Positions 52,718 through 64,000 of a stretch of 64,000 nucleotides of DNA are shown here, piece after piece. The position numbers and the translations under genes were made by a program. The first letter of the stretch is position 1. Each line of letters opens with the position of its first letter. This stretch comes from Stegostoma tigrinum (Eukaryota). The notes under the pieces are model-generated. The model saw nothing but the letters and a program-made list of their open reading frames with translations. It made no database searches and was not told the origin of the DNA. The stretch lies in NCBI RefSeq assembly GCF_030684315.1, contig NC_081373.1:28745989-28809988 (forward strand), given 5' to 3'.

Positions 52718-54509
52718 GTACGATGTAATATAAAACATGAATTAACTAATTTTCTGAAATAGTCATATTTTTATCTAATTACATTTTCTGTTATTTCAAA
52801 TTAATGTTTGTAGTTATTAACGAGTTTGCATGTATAGAAACTTGAATTCGAGTAGGCTGAATCAATTTGAACATTTTCGTCAGATATGTCTTTGTTCATA
52901 CAAACATTTTTGATTTTTAAGTTTGAAATTCTTCATCTGTTGGATGAAATCAAGACTGTCACTTCAGTTCATACTGTTTTGGATTTTTATCTGCTTCATG
53001 CTTGTTAACACCAAATTGGTTTGATTTCTATAATCAAATTAAAGCTACTTTTTATACGCTATATTTCTCCTGTCCTTGGCACGGTTGACTACTACTTGGA
53101 TTCTTCAGCTGGTTACCCACATCCACCAATACCTGTCATTTTTTTTAATTTTGAAAATGTTTTAAAGCGGAGCTGACTCACCACTGTGCATTCTGTTGTT
53201 ACTTTCCCATACCAGCTGCTGGGCTTCAAAAACCTGTCAGTGAAATGCCAGAGGATATAGAGGCTGTTTTATACTGCTTTTGTTTTTAGTTTTGTGGGTT
53301 AAGTAGCACTGAAAACAGGAAAAGTCTGTCTGCTTTTCGCACCTTGGTAACCGGACAGCAGTTCAATCATCACACCAGATTATTTTATGGTTTATAGTTG
53401 TAAGTAATCACATCCTGACCATGTGAAATTTTACAAGTTTTCAGAAAATATTCATCGCTATTGTGTGATTTGGAATCACTTTAACCATGTGACGGTTTTA
53501 AAAATAGATTCTAACTTCCCAAACCCGCCCTCCAACTGCAAGTCAAGGTCAGAATACTCTCTCCATTTGCCTTTGGGAGTACGGCTTGAACAGAATTAAA
53601 GCTCAACACCATCGAAGTCAAAGCACTTACTTGATCAACACTCCATCCACCAACTTGAACATTCACTCACTCCGCCACCGATAGTGACAGGAGCATGCAT
53701 TTTAAGCATCTGTTGCAGCAATTCTCTAAGGCTCGTTCAGCAGCACCTATGACTTCTACACCCTAGAAAGACAAGTGCAGCACATAAAAGGATACCTATG
53801 TATGTTGCTCAAAGCAGTACAGTATCCAGACTTGTCATCAGTCCATTTCCTTCACTGTCACCCATTGAATTCCTTTCCCAGTGACCCTGCAAGTGGTCTA
53901 CAGCATTGAGTTGGAGATGGACAACAAATGACTTGCAATAATGTCCACATTCCATTAAAGAATAAAGTAATTTCTTTGCAGATAATTTAATCAAAGCTAT
54001 TTAGAAAACATGAACTTTAAAATTGATGTGAATTTTTAATGTCGATAGAACAAGTTAATGAAATGTTTGTGATTAAAAACCGATAAAAGATTTTGGTTAA
54101 TGGACTGGAGCCCTGGAGTGACACTTTTTTCTGAAGCTTGGTGGTGTATTAAAGTTAAACTTACTATTGTTTAAATTTCCAAAGTAACATTTTCAGGGAA
54201 AGTGCATCTCCTGATTGATTGATCAGTGTTTCTTATTAAGCTATGCTTTTGATTCTGCTGAAAGCTTTACAAAAAGGTCCTAATTTTCTTTAGTGTTCAG
54301 GAATATTCTGGCATTTTTGGCCAGATAATTTTAGCTAATTTTTAAATGTGGCTGAATTTTGAATATGTGTAACCTCATGTAAAAACAATTTTTGTTTATC
54401 TGCTAGAAGCAGAAGTGATCTTGCAAACAGTAGCTGTGGGGAAAGAAATGCTCCTTTGACAACCCAAGCTAAAAATCTTTGCAAGAACCCTAACCATAGT
54501 TTTACCAAT

Positions 54510-54700
54510 GAGCTTGTTGACTTGCTTGCCGAGCTGGCTGGTTATCGTACAGACATTTCGTCACCATGCTAGGTAACATCATCATTGTGGCCTCCAATGA
54601 AGCGCTGTTGTTCTACTTTGCTTGCTATTTATATGATCCAGTCTGTTTAAGTTTGGTTGTCATTTCTGGGTCTGTATATGGGGACTAATTCCACATATTT
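54510..54700 (-). mobile_element. Fragment of a different PLE-like family with a long-stem-II hammerhead motif (54550-54587)
   Basis: The minus strand reads CA-ATGATGA-T-GTTACC(TAGCAT)GGTGAC-GAAA-TGTC-TG, with a 6-bp stem II and the core C3 mutated. Confidence 0.55.
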
Positions 54701-56124
54701 GATTATATTCATTATTCTTAAACCAGTGGTGACTCCTTGCTGTTACCATATTTTAACACCTCCCTCTAAATGGCAACATTGCCTCCCATAACTGTAGATT
54801 CTTTCTATGTTTTTGAGCACTTTGAATATATTCTCCCTTGCTTTGCCTCTGTTGTTATTTGTAGAACCTTTTAGCTCTTTATTCTTTCAAAACGCTTACT
54901 CAGAGCCTCCTCTTTGCTCCGAGCCATCTTTTTAAGGTATTTTTAGTTTAACGCTGTTTCTTTCAGTTGATATCCTTTCACGTGGCCATCAAGACACTTT
55001 ATAAATAAAGATAACTAACATTTGAATGTGCTGTTTTGATTATTTGTATATGGATGTTGACCACGTGCTTCTGAATTATCACTAGGTGTTATGTTCACAC
55101 CTTTTGAAAAGGAAGTTGAAGGTGAAGCTGTAAGTACAGATGAGCATGTGGTTATGAAGGCAAAACTATTGGAGTCACTGATGTCATTGTGCAGACTACT
55201 AATAGAAATAAGAATGGATCATGGAAATAAGTTGATGAGAAATCTTAGAGCAGTTGAAAGGCAGAAGGAGAATGAAAAAACTGAGCCTCTTAGGTACAAG
55301 GTATAATTTTTCATGTTGCCCAGTGCTATTTGACAGGTTAGTAGAAGTTAGATTGGAGGACTTCAGAAAGAAAATATGGATAAAATATATGTTACTAGAT
55401 TTTGGAGAAAGAGATGAAGTAGACAGTAGTGGAAGTTTGCATGTTTGTTTTTGAGAGCAGTTGAAGATGCTGAGGGCTGGCTGATGAGCAACATTGCCGC
55501 TCCTTCAGAATTGCCTTTAGGTGTCTAGAAATATAAAATTGTAATCTCTTCAGAATACTCATTGAGAGCAAAATTCAGGAGAAAATCTAGGGACATTAAA
55601 ACAACTTATTTTTTCTTTCAAATATTGGAGTCGATCCAAGTGGCCGAAGGCTTTTTTAGTCAGATTGAAGATTAATCCAAATGGTTAACAGTTTGTTCCC
55701 TTACCAGTTGAAGTGGGAAGACAATTGAGGATGAGCTAGTGGTGGGAGTCCAGATTTAAAAATAGAAACTCAGCAGGTCTAACAGTATCTCTGGGGACTG
55801 AATATGAAAATAGAATTCTAGTCCTATTTAACTTAGTCTAGACCAATACATTGGGTGACTGTTGGTGTGAAAGAAGAGCTGGGATGAGATAAAGGGATAG
55901 AGCCTCTGTATTAGCAATCTAATTTCTATGAAAGGTTATATTTTGAGACACTAATATTTCTTTGGTACTGCAGTATTTGTTCAACCTTGGAGTTACTGCT
56001 AGATTGCATAAATCAAAGCAATTTTTCTGAAATCCACCCAACCCAAATGACATCTAGTACAAGATAATAAAATGTGAGGCTGGATGAACACAGCAGGCCA
56101 AGCAGTATCTCAGGAACACAAAAG

Positions 56125-56156
56125 CTGACGTTTCGGGCCTAGACCCTTCATCAGAG
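56125..56156 (-). ncRNA. Minimal type I hammerhead ribozyme motif (core intact), antisense to BUB3
   Basis: The minus strand reads CT-CTGATGA-A-GGGTCTAGGCCC-GAAACGTC-AG. Confidence 0.7.
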
Positions 56157-57615
56157 AGGGGGATGGGGAGAGGGAACTGGAATAAATAGGGAGAGAGGGG
56201 GAGGCGGACCGAAGATGGAGAGTAAAGAAGATAGGTGGAGAGTGTGTAGGTGGGGAGGTAGGGAGGGGATAGGTCGGTCCAGGGAAGACGGACAGGTCAA
56301 GGAGGTGGGATGAGGTTAGTAGGTAGCGGGGGGTGCGGCTTGGGGTGGGAGGAAGGGATGGGTGAGAGGAAGAACCGGTTAGGGAGGCAGAGACAGGTTG
56401 GACTGGTTTTGGGATGCAGTGGGTGGAGGGGAAGAGCTGGGCTGGTTGTGTGGTGCAGTGGGGGGAGGGGACGAACTGGGCTGGTTTAGGGATGCAGAAG
56501 GGGAAGGGGAGATTTTGAAACTGGTGAAGTCCACATTGATACCATATGGCTGCAGGGTTCCCAGGCGGAATATGAGTTGCTGTTCCTGCAACCTTCGGGT
56601 GGCATCATTGTGGCAGTGCAGGAGGCCCATGATGGACATGTCATCTAGAGAATGGGAGAGGGAGTGGAAATGGTTTGCGACTGGGAGGTGCAGTTGTTTG
56701 TTGCGAACTGAGCGGAGGTGTTCTGCAAAGCGGTCCCCAAGCCTCCGTTTGGTTTCCCCAATGTAGAGGAAGCCGCACCGGGTACAGTGGATGCAGTATA
56801 CCACATTGGCAGATGTGCAGGTGAACCTCTGCTTAATGTGGAATGTCCCCACACCTCCTCCCTCACCCCCATCCCAGGCACCTGTCCCCACACCTCCTCC
56901 CTCACCCCCATCCCAGGCCCCAAGATGACATTCCACATTAAGCAGAGGTTCACCTGCACATCTGCCAATGTGGTATACTGCATCCACTGTACCCGGTGCG
57001 GCTTCCTCTACATTGGGGAAACCAAGCGGAGTCTTGGGGACCGCTTTGCAGAACACCTCCCGCTCAGTTCGCAACAAACAACTGCACCTCCCAGTCGCAA
57101 ACCATTTCCACTCCCCCTCCCATTCTCTAGATGACATGTCCATCACGGGCCTCCTGCACTGCCACAATGATGCCACCCGAAGGTTGCAGGAACAGCAACT
57201 CATATTCCGCCTGGGAACCCTGCAGCCATATGGTATCAATGTGGACTTCACCAGTTTCAAAATCTCCCCTTCCCCTACTGCATCCCTAAACTAGCCCAGT
57301 TCGTCCCCTCCCCCCACTGCACCACACAACCAGCCCAGCTCTTCCCCCCCCAACCCACTGCATCCCAAAACCAGTCCAACCTGTCTTCCTAACCGGTTCT
57401 TCCTCTCACCCATCCCTTCCTCCCACCCCAAGCCGCACCCCCAGCTACCTACTAACCTCATCCCACCTCCTTGACCTGTCCGTCTTCCCTGGACCGACCT
57501 ATCCCCTCCCTACCTCCCCACCTACACTCTCTCCACCTATCTTCTTTACTCTCCATCTTCGGTCCGCCTCCCCCTCTTCCCCCTATTTATTCCAGTTCCC
57601 TCTCCCCATCCCCCT

Positions 57616-57647
57616 CTCTGATGAAGGGTCTAGGCCCGAAACGTCAG
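57616..57647 (+). ncRNA. Minimal type I hammerhead ribozyme motif (core intact), sense to BUB3
   Basis: CT-CTGATGA-A-GGGT(CTAG)GCCC-GAA-ACGT-C^AG has the conserved CUGAUGA and GAAA boxes, a palindromic ACGU in place of stem III and a GUC cleavage triplet (57643-57645). Stem I is only 2 bp. Confidence 0.7.
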
Positions 57648-57889
57648 CTTTTGTGCTCCTGAGATGCTGCTTGGCCTGCTGTGTTCATCCAGCCTCACAT
57701 TTTATTATCTTGGAATTCTCCAGCATCTGCAGTTCCCATTATCTCTGACATCTAGTGCAAGTAGTTTCCACAATCTTTTTAGCTGGAAAAGGCAGTGCTG
57801 TAAGATGTGTGCGTGACCTTTAATCAATTGACAACACAGTTTTTCTAATGTGCTGATTTGTAGACCTTGGTGAAGATTCTAAAATTGAG

Positions 57890-58700
57890 CTTGTAAGAAT
57901 GATTTGTTTCCAAGCAAGGATGTTGAGTAGCTCGGGTGAAAGCTTACAGGTGTGTGTGTCTGCTATTCTGTTTCTTCTAGACGGAGGTGGTTGTGGTTTT
58001 GAAGGTGTTGTCTAAGTATACCTAGTGAATTTCTACAGTACGTCCTGTAGAAGGTACTCACTGCTATTGAGCATCGGTGGTGATGAGACTGAATGTTGGC
58101 TGATTTAGTGCCACTCAAGTAGGCTAATTTGTCATGCATGGTGCCAAGCTTCTAGAGAGTTGTTGGAGCTGCACTTGTTCAGGCAAGTGGAGAGTATTCC
58201 ATCACACTGCTGACTTGTACCTTGCAGATGGTGGACAGGCTTTGGAGAGTCAGGAGGTGTGTTAATTAATTGAAGATTCTCGACCTCAGACTTGTTGTAG
58301 CCAGTGTATTTATATGGTTAGTCATTCGGTTAATAGTTAACGGTAAACCCAGGAGATTTAGTATGAGTTGGTGATAGTAACACTGAATGTAAAGAATGTC
58401 AAGATTCTCATTAGAAATGGCCATTGCCCAGCGCTTGTGTGGTATAAACGTTATTTGCCACTTGTCAACCCAAAGCTGGATATTATCTAGGTCTTGCTAC
58501 ATTTGAACATGGACTGCTTCAGTGAGAAGTTGTGCAAAGTGCTCAGTATTGATGATTGCACAGTAAATGTATCCACACCCCCCCCCCTCCCCCTTATGAT
58601 GGAGGGATGGTCACTGAAGCAGCTGAATATGATTGGGTGAAAGACATTTCCTTGAGAATCTCCCGAGATGACTGACCATCAGAAACCACAGCCATCTTCC
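57890..58700 (-). mobile_element. Old non-LTR RT element fragment
   Basis: The minus strand of about 58190-58240 reads LSTICKVQVSSVMEYS (cf. the L.TIYKAQVRS.MEY thumb motif). It is homologous to 46200-46500 and 47700-47830. Confidence 0.55.
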
Positions 58701-60057
58701 TGTGTGTTGGGTTTTGGCTGAAGACTGCCCTCTGTTGCTGGGATACCTGAAAGAGGCTGATATAGATCATCCACTTGCCAGTTCTGACTGAACTCTTGAG
58801 GACAGTTTAAGAATATTTTGTGTAATTTTTATTTTAATTTGCTCAAAGTATTGACTAGATCAATCATCCAGGAAATTGTTTTGTATAGCTAAAATAGCTT
58901 GTTATTTAAAATCTGACTTATGGCAAATGATTTGAGGTATTCTGATTCAAAATTGCTATTTTATGATGAAGTCCATTTTCAGCTGGATTAATAAAACTGC
59001 ACTGATTTACTATTCCTAAATTTATTGATATTTTTGGAAAATAAAATTTGAAAAAAAATTCTAAAGGTGTTGACTGAACATGCTGTTTAGTCTTTTTGCA
59101 TGTTTTTATGCTGGCATTAATATGACAAAGCTTTGAGTGGAAATTTTGATTTTCAGAAAGTACTTTGGAAACTAGGGCCATTTTCACATGGGTTACAGAT
59201 TTGGCTCCAAAGTGGATACTCTGCCTATGTTTCTTTGTTTGAGCTGGAAACATATGTATCTGGATATGCAGACAAATGTTTCAATTATTTTGAGAATTAA
59301 TCACCGAAATGTATACAAGAAGACCCTTGACTTTAAAAAAGCTGTCTTCATTTTACATTTTAAGAGTAGCTTTGATTTCGAAGAGACGGGGAGGGAAGGG
59401 ATGAAAGCCAACCTGAGTTACTTCAAAACATACAATTTTGCTGCTATTTTACTTGGTTGATTTCTTCTGGATTCAGCATCTGAAAAGATTAATAATCTTT
59501 AGCTTCCTTTCAGCTGTTGCTTGAGCAGCTGCAGCCAGTGTGATGAAAGGTGCTGTGATGCTGATAAGGTTAAATTCGTGGAACATAATAGCCTATTATA
59601 ATAAAATAATAGCAATATATTTAAAAGTTAGATTGGTGTGTGGTTTTGAAGTGATGGTGTTGCTGCACACTTGCTGTATTCTCCTTTTTGACACAGATTT
59701 GCATTATAACACTATTGTATAACCAAAAATTGAAACAAGCCAGATTGGCAGTAATATAGAAAAATAGTGAACATTTGAAATGTGCCAATTGAAGGGTTGA
59801 TTTGAAATATTACATCTTTGTGATTCCAGCTCTCCTTTTTCTTTGTAAATTGCTCTGACGTATTTTGAAAATGTCATTTGTCTAAAGTATTTGCATGTAA
59901 ACGAAAATTGAATGGATTTCAAATACAGGATAATGTGACTCTTTAATAACTCAATTTACTAAGGTGATATTTTGATAATCAGACAAAGCCAACAAGTTCC
60001 ATGTCTAATATTGAACAAGTGGGACTGAACTGTTTGTTTTTGATGTTTACATTTTAG

Positions 60058-60274
60058 GTGGCTCTGATGGATTTGTGAATATCTGGGACCCCTTCAATAA
60101 GAAAAGATTGTGCCAGTTCCACCGCTACCCGACCAGTATTGCATCTCTTGCTTTCAGCAACGATGGCTCTGCAATTGCTATAGCATCGTCATACATGTAC
60201 GAGAAAGGTGAAATTGAGCATCCTGAAGACAGTATCTATATTCGACAAGTGACAGATGCGGAAACAAAGCCCAA
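60058..60274 (+). CDS. BUB3: BUB3 coding exon 6 (ends at phase-2 donor; read-through stop at 60276-60278)
   Basis: tttag|(G)GSDGFVNIWDPFNKKRLCQFHRYPTSIASLAFSNDGSAIAIASSYMYEKGEIEHPEDSIYIRQVTDAETKP-AA|GTGAGT; 217 nt. Confidence 0.96.
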
Positions 60275-62663
60275 GTGAGTTTCTCTGCAACGGGGTTTTA
60301 TCCTTTCTATCGTTTATCCAAACATTTATTAATTTTCCTAATTTCATGAAAAAATATTGATGTTCAGTAGATAACAGCTCCCAGCAGAGTTAGTATTGAT
60401 TTTATCTTGTTCTCCCAAGCTTTCAATATCCGTTGTATGATAGACGTCACATTGATAAAAATGTGCCTACTTGTTTTCTGAGGCAGCATGTCAAATAGTG
60501 TCATTGTCTTTTCTATATAATGCAGCTTGGATCACTGGTCCTTTGCATTAGAAATATTTTCTCCAAATGGAATTTTTTAAAAATTTAAGACAATAACTGA
60601 TAAAGGGGAATTGGAAATTCAGTTGGCGACTACTTGTGCAAGTATTGAATTGGCATAATTCTGCTTCCTATATCAAATTTTCACCGTTCTGTGAAATATT
60701 TAATTGGCATAGAAATACTGAACTCTTAATGTTAATGAACAGTTCTCAAGTTCACTTAGCTTCCCATCCGAATTAGTGCTGGCAAAGGATTGATAAGATA
60801 GCACATAGTTAACTGCCATCAGCAGAGGATTTTTTAAATGTCCATTTTGTAAATAACCAGTTTCTAGTCATTTGAGTAAATTTACAATTTGTTTTCTATT
60901 AAAATTGAATTGTAATCATTGTTTAATAAGTTATGTTCTGAAAGTGTTACATGTCTTGCTTTAAATTTAATAAAAACATTAATTAAATTTGTGATCTTGT
61001 TTGTTTTTTGCCAGTGGCAAATATTTGCATTCACCCTATGACCCATGACAGGGAATTTTGAACATAAAGTAGATTCCAAGTTCAGTTTCTAGCTTGTGCA
61101 GATTTCAGCTGAGATGTGCACTTGGGGACAGAAAAGAAATTAGATGAAGATCCTGTATTTGGCTGCTGTATTCTTCTGGAAAGTGCTCAAGTTGGAGTCT
61201 GTAATTCTATCAATGAAAAGCCACCTGAATTTGTTTTCTGTATTCTTGTAAAGAATGGCTAATTAGATAAGCATCCAGTGCAGACATCCATAGCACTCTT
61301 CAATTAACAATGGTATGTGCAAATGAATTGCTGCCATCATCTGAACAGCACTGTGGTTATTCCACTATTTGGAAGTGTAGACATTCAGAAGCAACTGCAT
61401 GTGTCTACAGTCCTATCAGGAGTACCATTTGTTTCACATTGCCTTCTAAATAACAACATCAACAACTGCCATGACTAGCTCACTTTGTACACATTTAAAG
61501 ATAGAATTCCTTGCCTGGGACAGCTTTTGAATTTCTAGTCATCTTGGTCAAGATTTTAAAAACATCTTCTGAGTTCTCTCTTCCCATCTTTTAAAAATAG
61601 ACCCCTGTAACATGTTTATGGAGAGGTTGTTTATGTAATTATGTAATTTTTTTATGTATGAGTGAAGTTTGTTGATATGGTGAGAAGTAATTGTCAAGTC
61701 CTTGGAAGTATCTGCCAACTGTACATGCATGCTGTGGTTAATGTACGTTGTTGCTCAACATTGGTTCTTATTGCTGAAAAACCAGCCTCACGTTAGGTTG
61801 TCCTAAACCAAGTCCATCATCATTTGTGTAACTGAAAAGAAACCAATACTTATTGGTCATACCAGAATTTCTCCTGACTTTTCTTTGAATTTGCTTCCAA
61901 GGGAAGTTTCTTCATGACATGTAAGTGAGCCCTTCCAAGAGCTTCAGGTGAAAGGATGGCAGTTTAGTTTCAGTATTCTAAATAAAGGTTGTTCCTATCC
62001 CTAACCTGCATCTGTTATCCTGATTGATTGCAGTAAGAACCTTACCTGTGTTCTCTTACTAACTGTACAGTTTTAGTGGACATCACCAGTATGCCTGCAC
62101 AGACTTGAATGCTCAGGTCTTTATCAATTTATAGCCTAAATTTTCATTATTTGGGCAACAGGCCTCCTCTGTCTATTTGGAATGTGTGGCAATTGTGCTT
62201 TTACCTTCCAATCAGGAAATGTATCTGTAAACTTTGCATTTGCTTCATTTGTAGATTAATCCTGATGGGTTTCTGCCTGTGCATTACCATGGACATGCTC
62301 AGTCAACTACTTGCATTGAGGAAAACATGTCAAGATTATGAATTCCTTGTTGGGTTGCATCTGTAGAATGTTGACCGACAAAAAGTAATGCCTGTTATTA
62401 ATTACATAGGGATAACTTTAATAGGCACAAGTTGTGAAACCCAAGAAAAGAGGCAAATAGCAAGGAAAATGTCAAGAATTCATACTTGAGTAACAACATT
62501 GCAAATTTGTAGTTTAAGATAAATCTGTTCAGTTGTGATTTGAAGAAATAAGCTATCAAACTAGGTCATTATGTTTCATTGTCCATAGGTTTGAGTTTTC
62601 ATAAAATTATTTTGCATTTTAAAAGAAGCTAGTGCTAATTTTAATCCTATGTTTTCTCTTCAG

Positions 62664-62676
62664 CCATTTCCAGTAA
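62664..62676 (+). CDS. BUB3: Candidate BUB3 terminal coding exon (adds ...KP-NHFQ*)
   Basis: Branch-like GCTAAT and a GTTTTCTCTTCAG| acceptor. A phase-2 join gives AAC CAT TTC CAG TAA. There is no homology support, so this is tentative. Confidence 0.3.
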
Positions 62677-64000
62677 ACTACTGTAAATAGGGATTGGTGT
62701 GGTCCCTTCAAGATGCAAAAAACACGCTGAATATTAACTTCAAGAAAAGCAGTTCTTGGTTTATTAGAAAAAGTGTTTGTTTGAGAGCTTCCATTTCCTT
62801 GCAGTTTGATAACGAGAATAAAAACAGCTATAGTGAACTAAACCTGGAGAAAGCTGAGTGTAAAGTTTGGTAATTTCTGTAAAACTTGCAGTAAATTTTT
62901 GGATCTGCTTGTCTAAATAAGAATGGTATGTTGTCTTGGAACTTGATCTTACTGGACTGGAGAAAGATGATAAATCCATATCTCAATGGAAGTTTTTATC
63001 ACCAATGCACCTGTTCACAGTCTACTTGAATTCTATTGATTAAACTGCAGGGCTGTGAATATGTGTAACTTGGAGATAGTGTAGTTTATAATGGAACTAT
63101 ATTCCATTATAAGATAGAACCCCAGAAGGAAGAGCCCCAGAGACTGAATTAATCGTCAGTTAGGTGGTTAGTGTGAGATTTGAGACTGCACTTTGTGTTG
63201 CTACTTATGTTTAGAAGTGTGGGATACAGAGATGTGCATAAACAGAGTTGGTGGATACATCTTCATGCTGATATTAAAGGTACTTTCTGCATGATATTTT
63301 GTTGCTACAGCATGTAGAAACTTGTGTCTGATGTTTAGGGACTTTTTATTGCAAAGAAAAGGACAGCCCCTTTCATTTTGAGGTTTTAGTGGCTTCTGAC
63401 CAGATGTTTACAACTACACTGTGTTCAGTCTCCTGGAAGTCCAATTGAGTTGTTTGCTGGCTTTGCAATCAACAAGTGGCCACCACTTCACAACCAATCA
63501 GCTAAGTATTGCTGGTTGAATCTTCATTTGTACACACCCCTGGTCCTAGCCCATCTATAATCTTTACATCCCTTTACCAACACCATTGTTTGAACAGGCA
63601 GCACAGTAAACATCTCCTCAATGGGTCAAGTATTTTTTAAAAAAGTGCAAGAATTTCTTCAGTAATTATTCCCAATTCAGCCAAGACTAAAAATACAAAA
63701 AAAGTGGTCTTTTTAACGCTATGAAATGAGCAGTCATATTCACCCTAGTGCTCACTCTCAACAATGACGTCTTAAAATCAGATTGTCTGGCCATATTGGT
63801 TGTGAAATCTTGCATTATGAAGATTAGCTGCTGTGTTATTAGCCAGTGCAGTGCTTTATTGGCTTTAAAGTGACACCTGAGATCATGAAAGGTGTTATAA
63901 AATTGCATGTTGTCTCTATTTCAGTCTCCAACCTTTCACACAGGTACAAATTGGAATGAGATCATCCCTCATTATAATGTCCTTTACTAGCCACGCTGAA

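Larger units (their letters stand above)
56060..57745. mobile_element. Head-to-head inverted Penelope-like insertion (two about 790-bp arms, GIY-YIG endonuclease fragment + pseudo-LTR)
   Basis: Arms 56060-56847 and 56927-57712 are reverse complements. They encode FTCTSANVVYCIHCTRCGFLYIGETKRRLGDRFAEH...VANHF...RRLQEQQLIFRLGTLQPYGIN. TSD-like flanks are TGACATCTAGTACAAG (56048) and TGACATCTAGTGCAAG (57746). Confidence 0.93.

Noticed and set aside
30383-57647. Apparent plus-strand bias of hammerhead copies (9 of 11 in the window)
   Set aside because: The sample is small, three copies belong to palindromes, and by-eye detection favours the plus strand.

Overview
Vertebrate genomic DNA, most likely from a cartilaginous fish/shark (inferred from the repeat families, not proven). 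It carries the conserved HMX3-HMX2-BUB3 block, all on the + strand. HMX3 has 2 coding exons (299 aa). HMX2 has 2 coding exons (268 aa). BUB3 has a non-coding exon 1 and six coding exons (324 aa to ...TKPK); its final 3' exon is unresolved. From about 3.9 to 29.1 kb the DNA is almost free of transposons and retains CpGs, with several candidate developmental enhancers. The flanks and BUB3 introns are full of CR1-type LINE relics and Penelope-like element (PLE) fragments. The most striking structure is a PLE/hammerhead system. At least 11 minimal hammerhead-ribozyme motifs (CUGANGA-N-stem II-GAAA-ACGU palindrome-UH) from several subfamilies are present. Three head-to-head palindromic insertions (about 0.19, 0.21 and 1.7 kb) each have 13-16 bp target-site-like duplications. 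The largest forms an about 790 bp inverted repeat inside BUB3 intron 6, with a GIY-YIG endonuclease fragment and a core-intact hammerhead on each arm. All calls were made by eye without database searches, and repeat boundaries are approximate.
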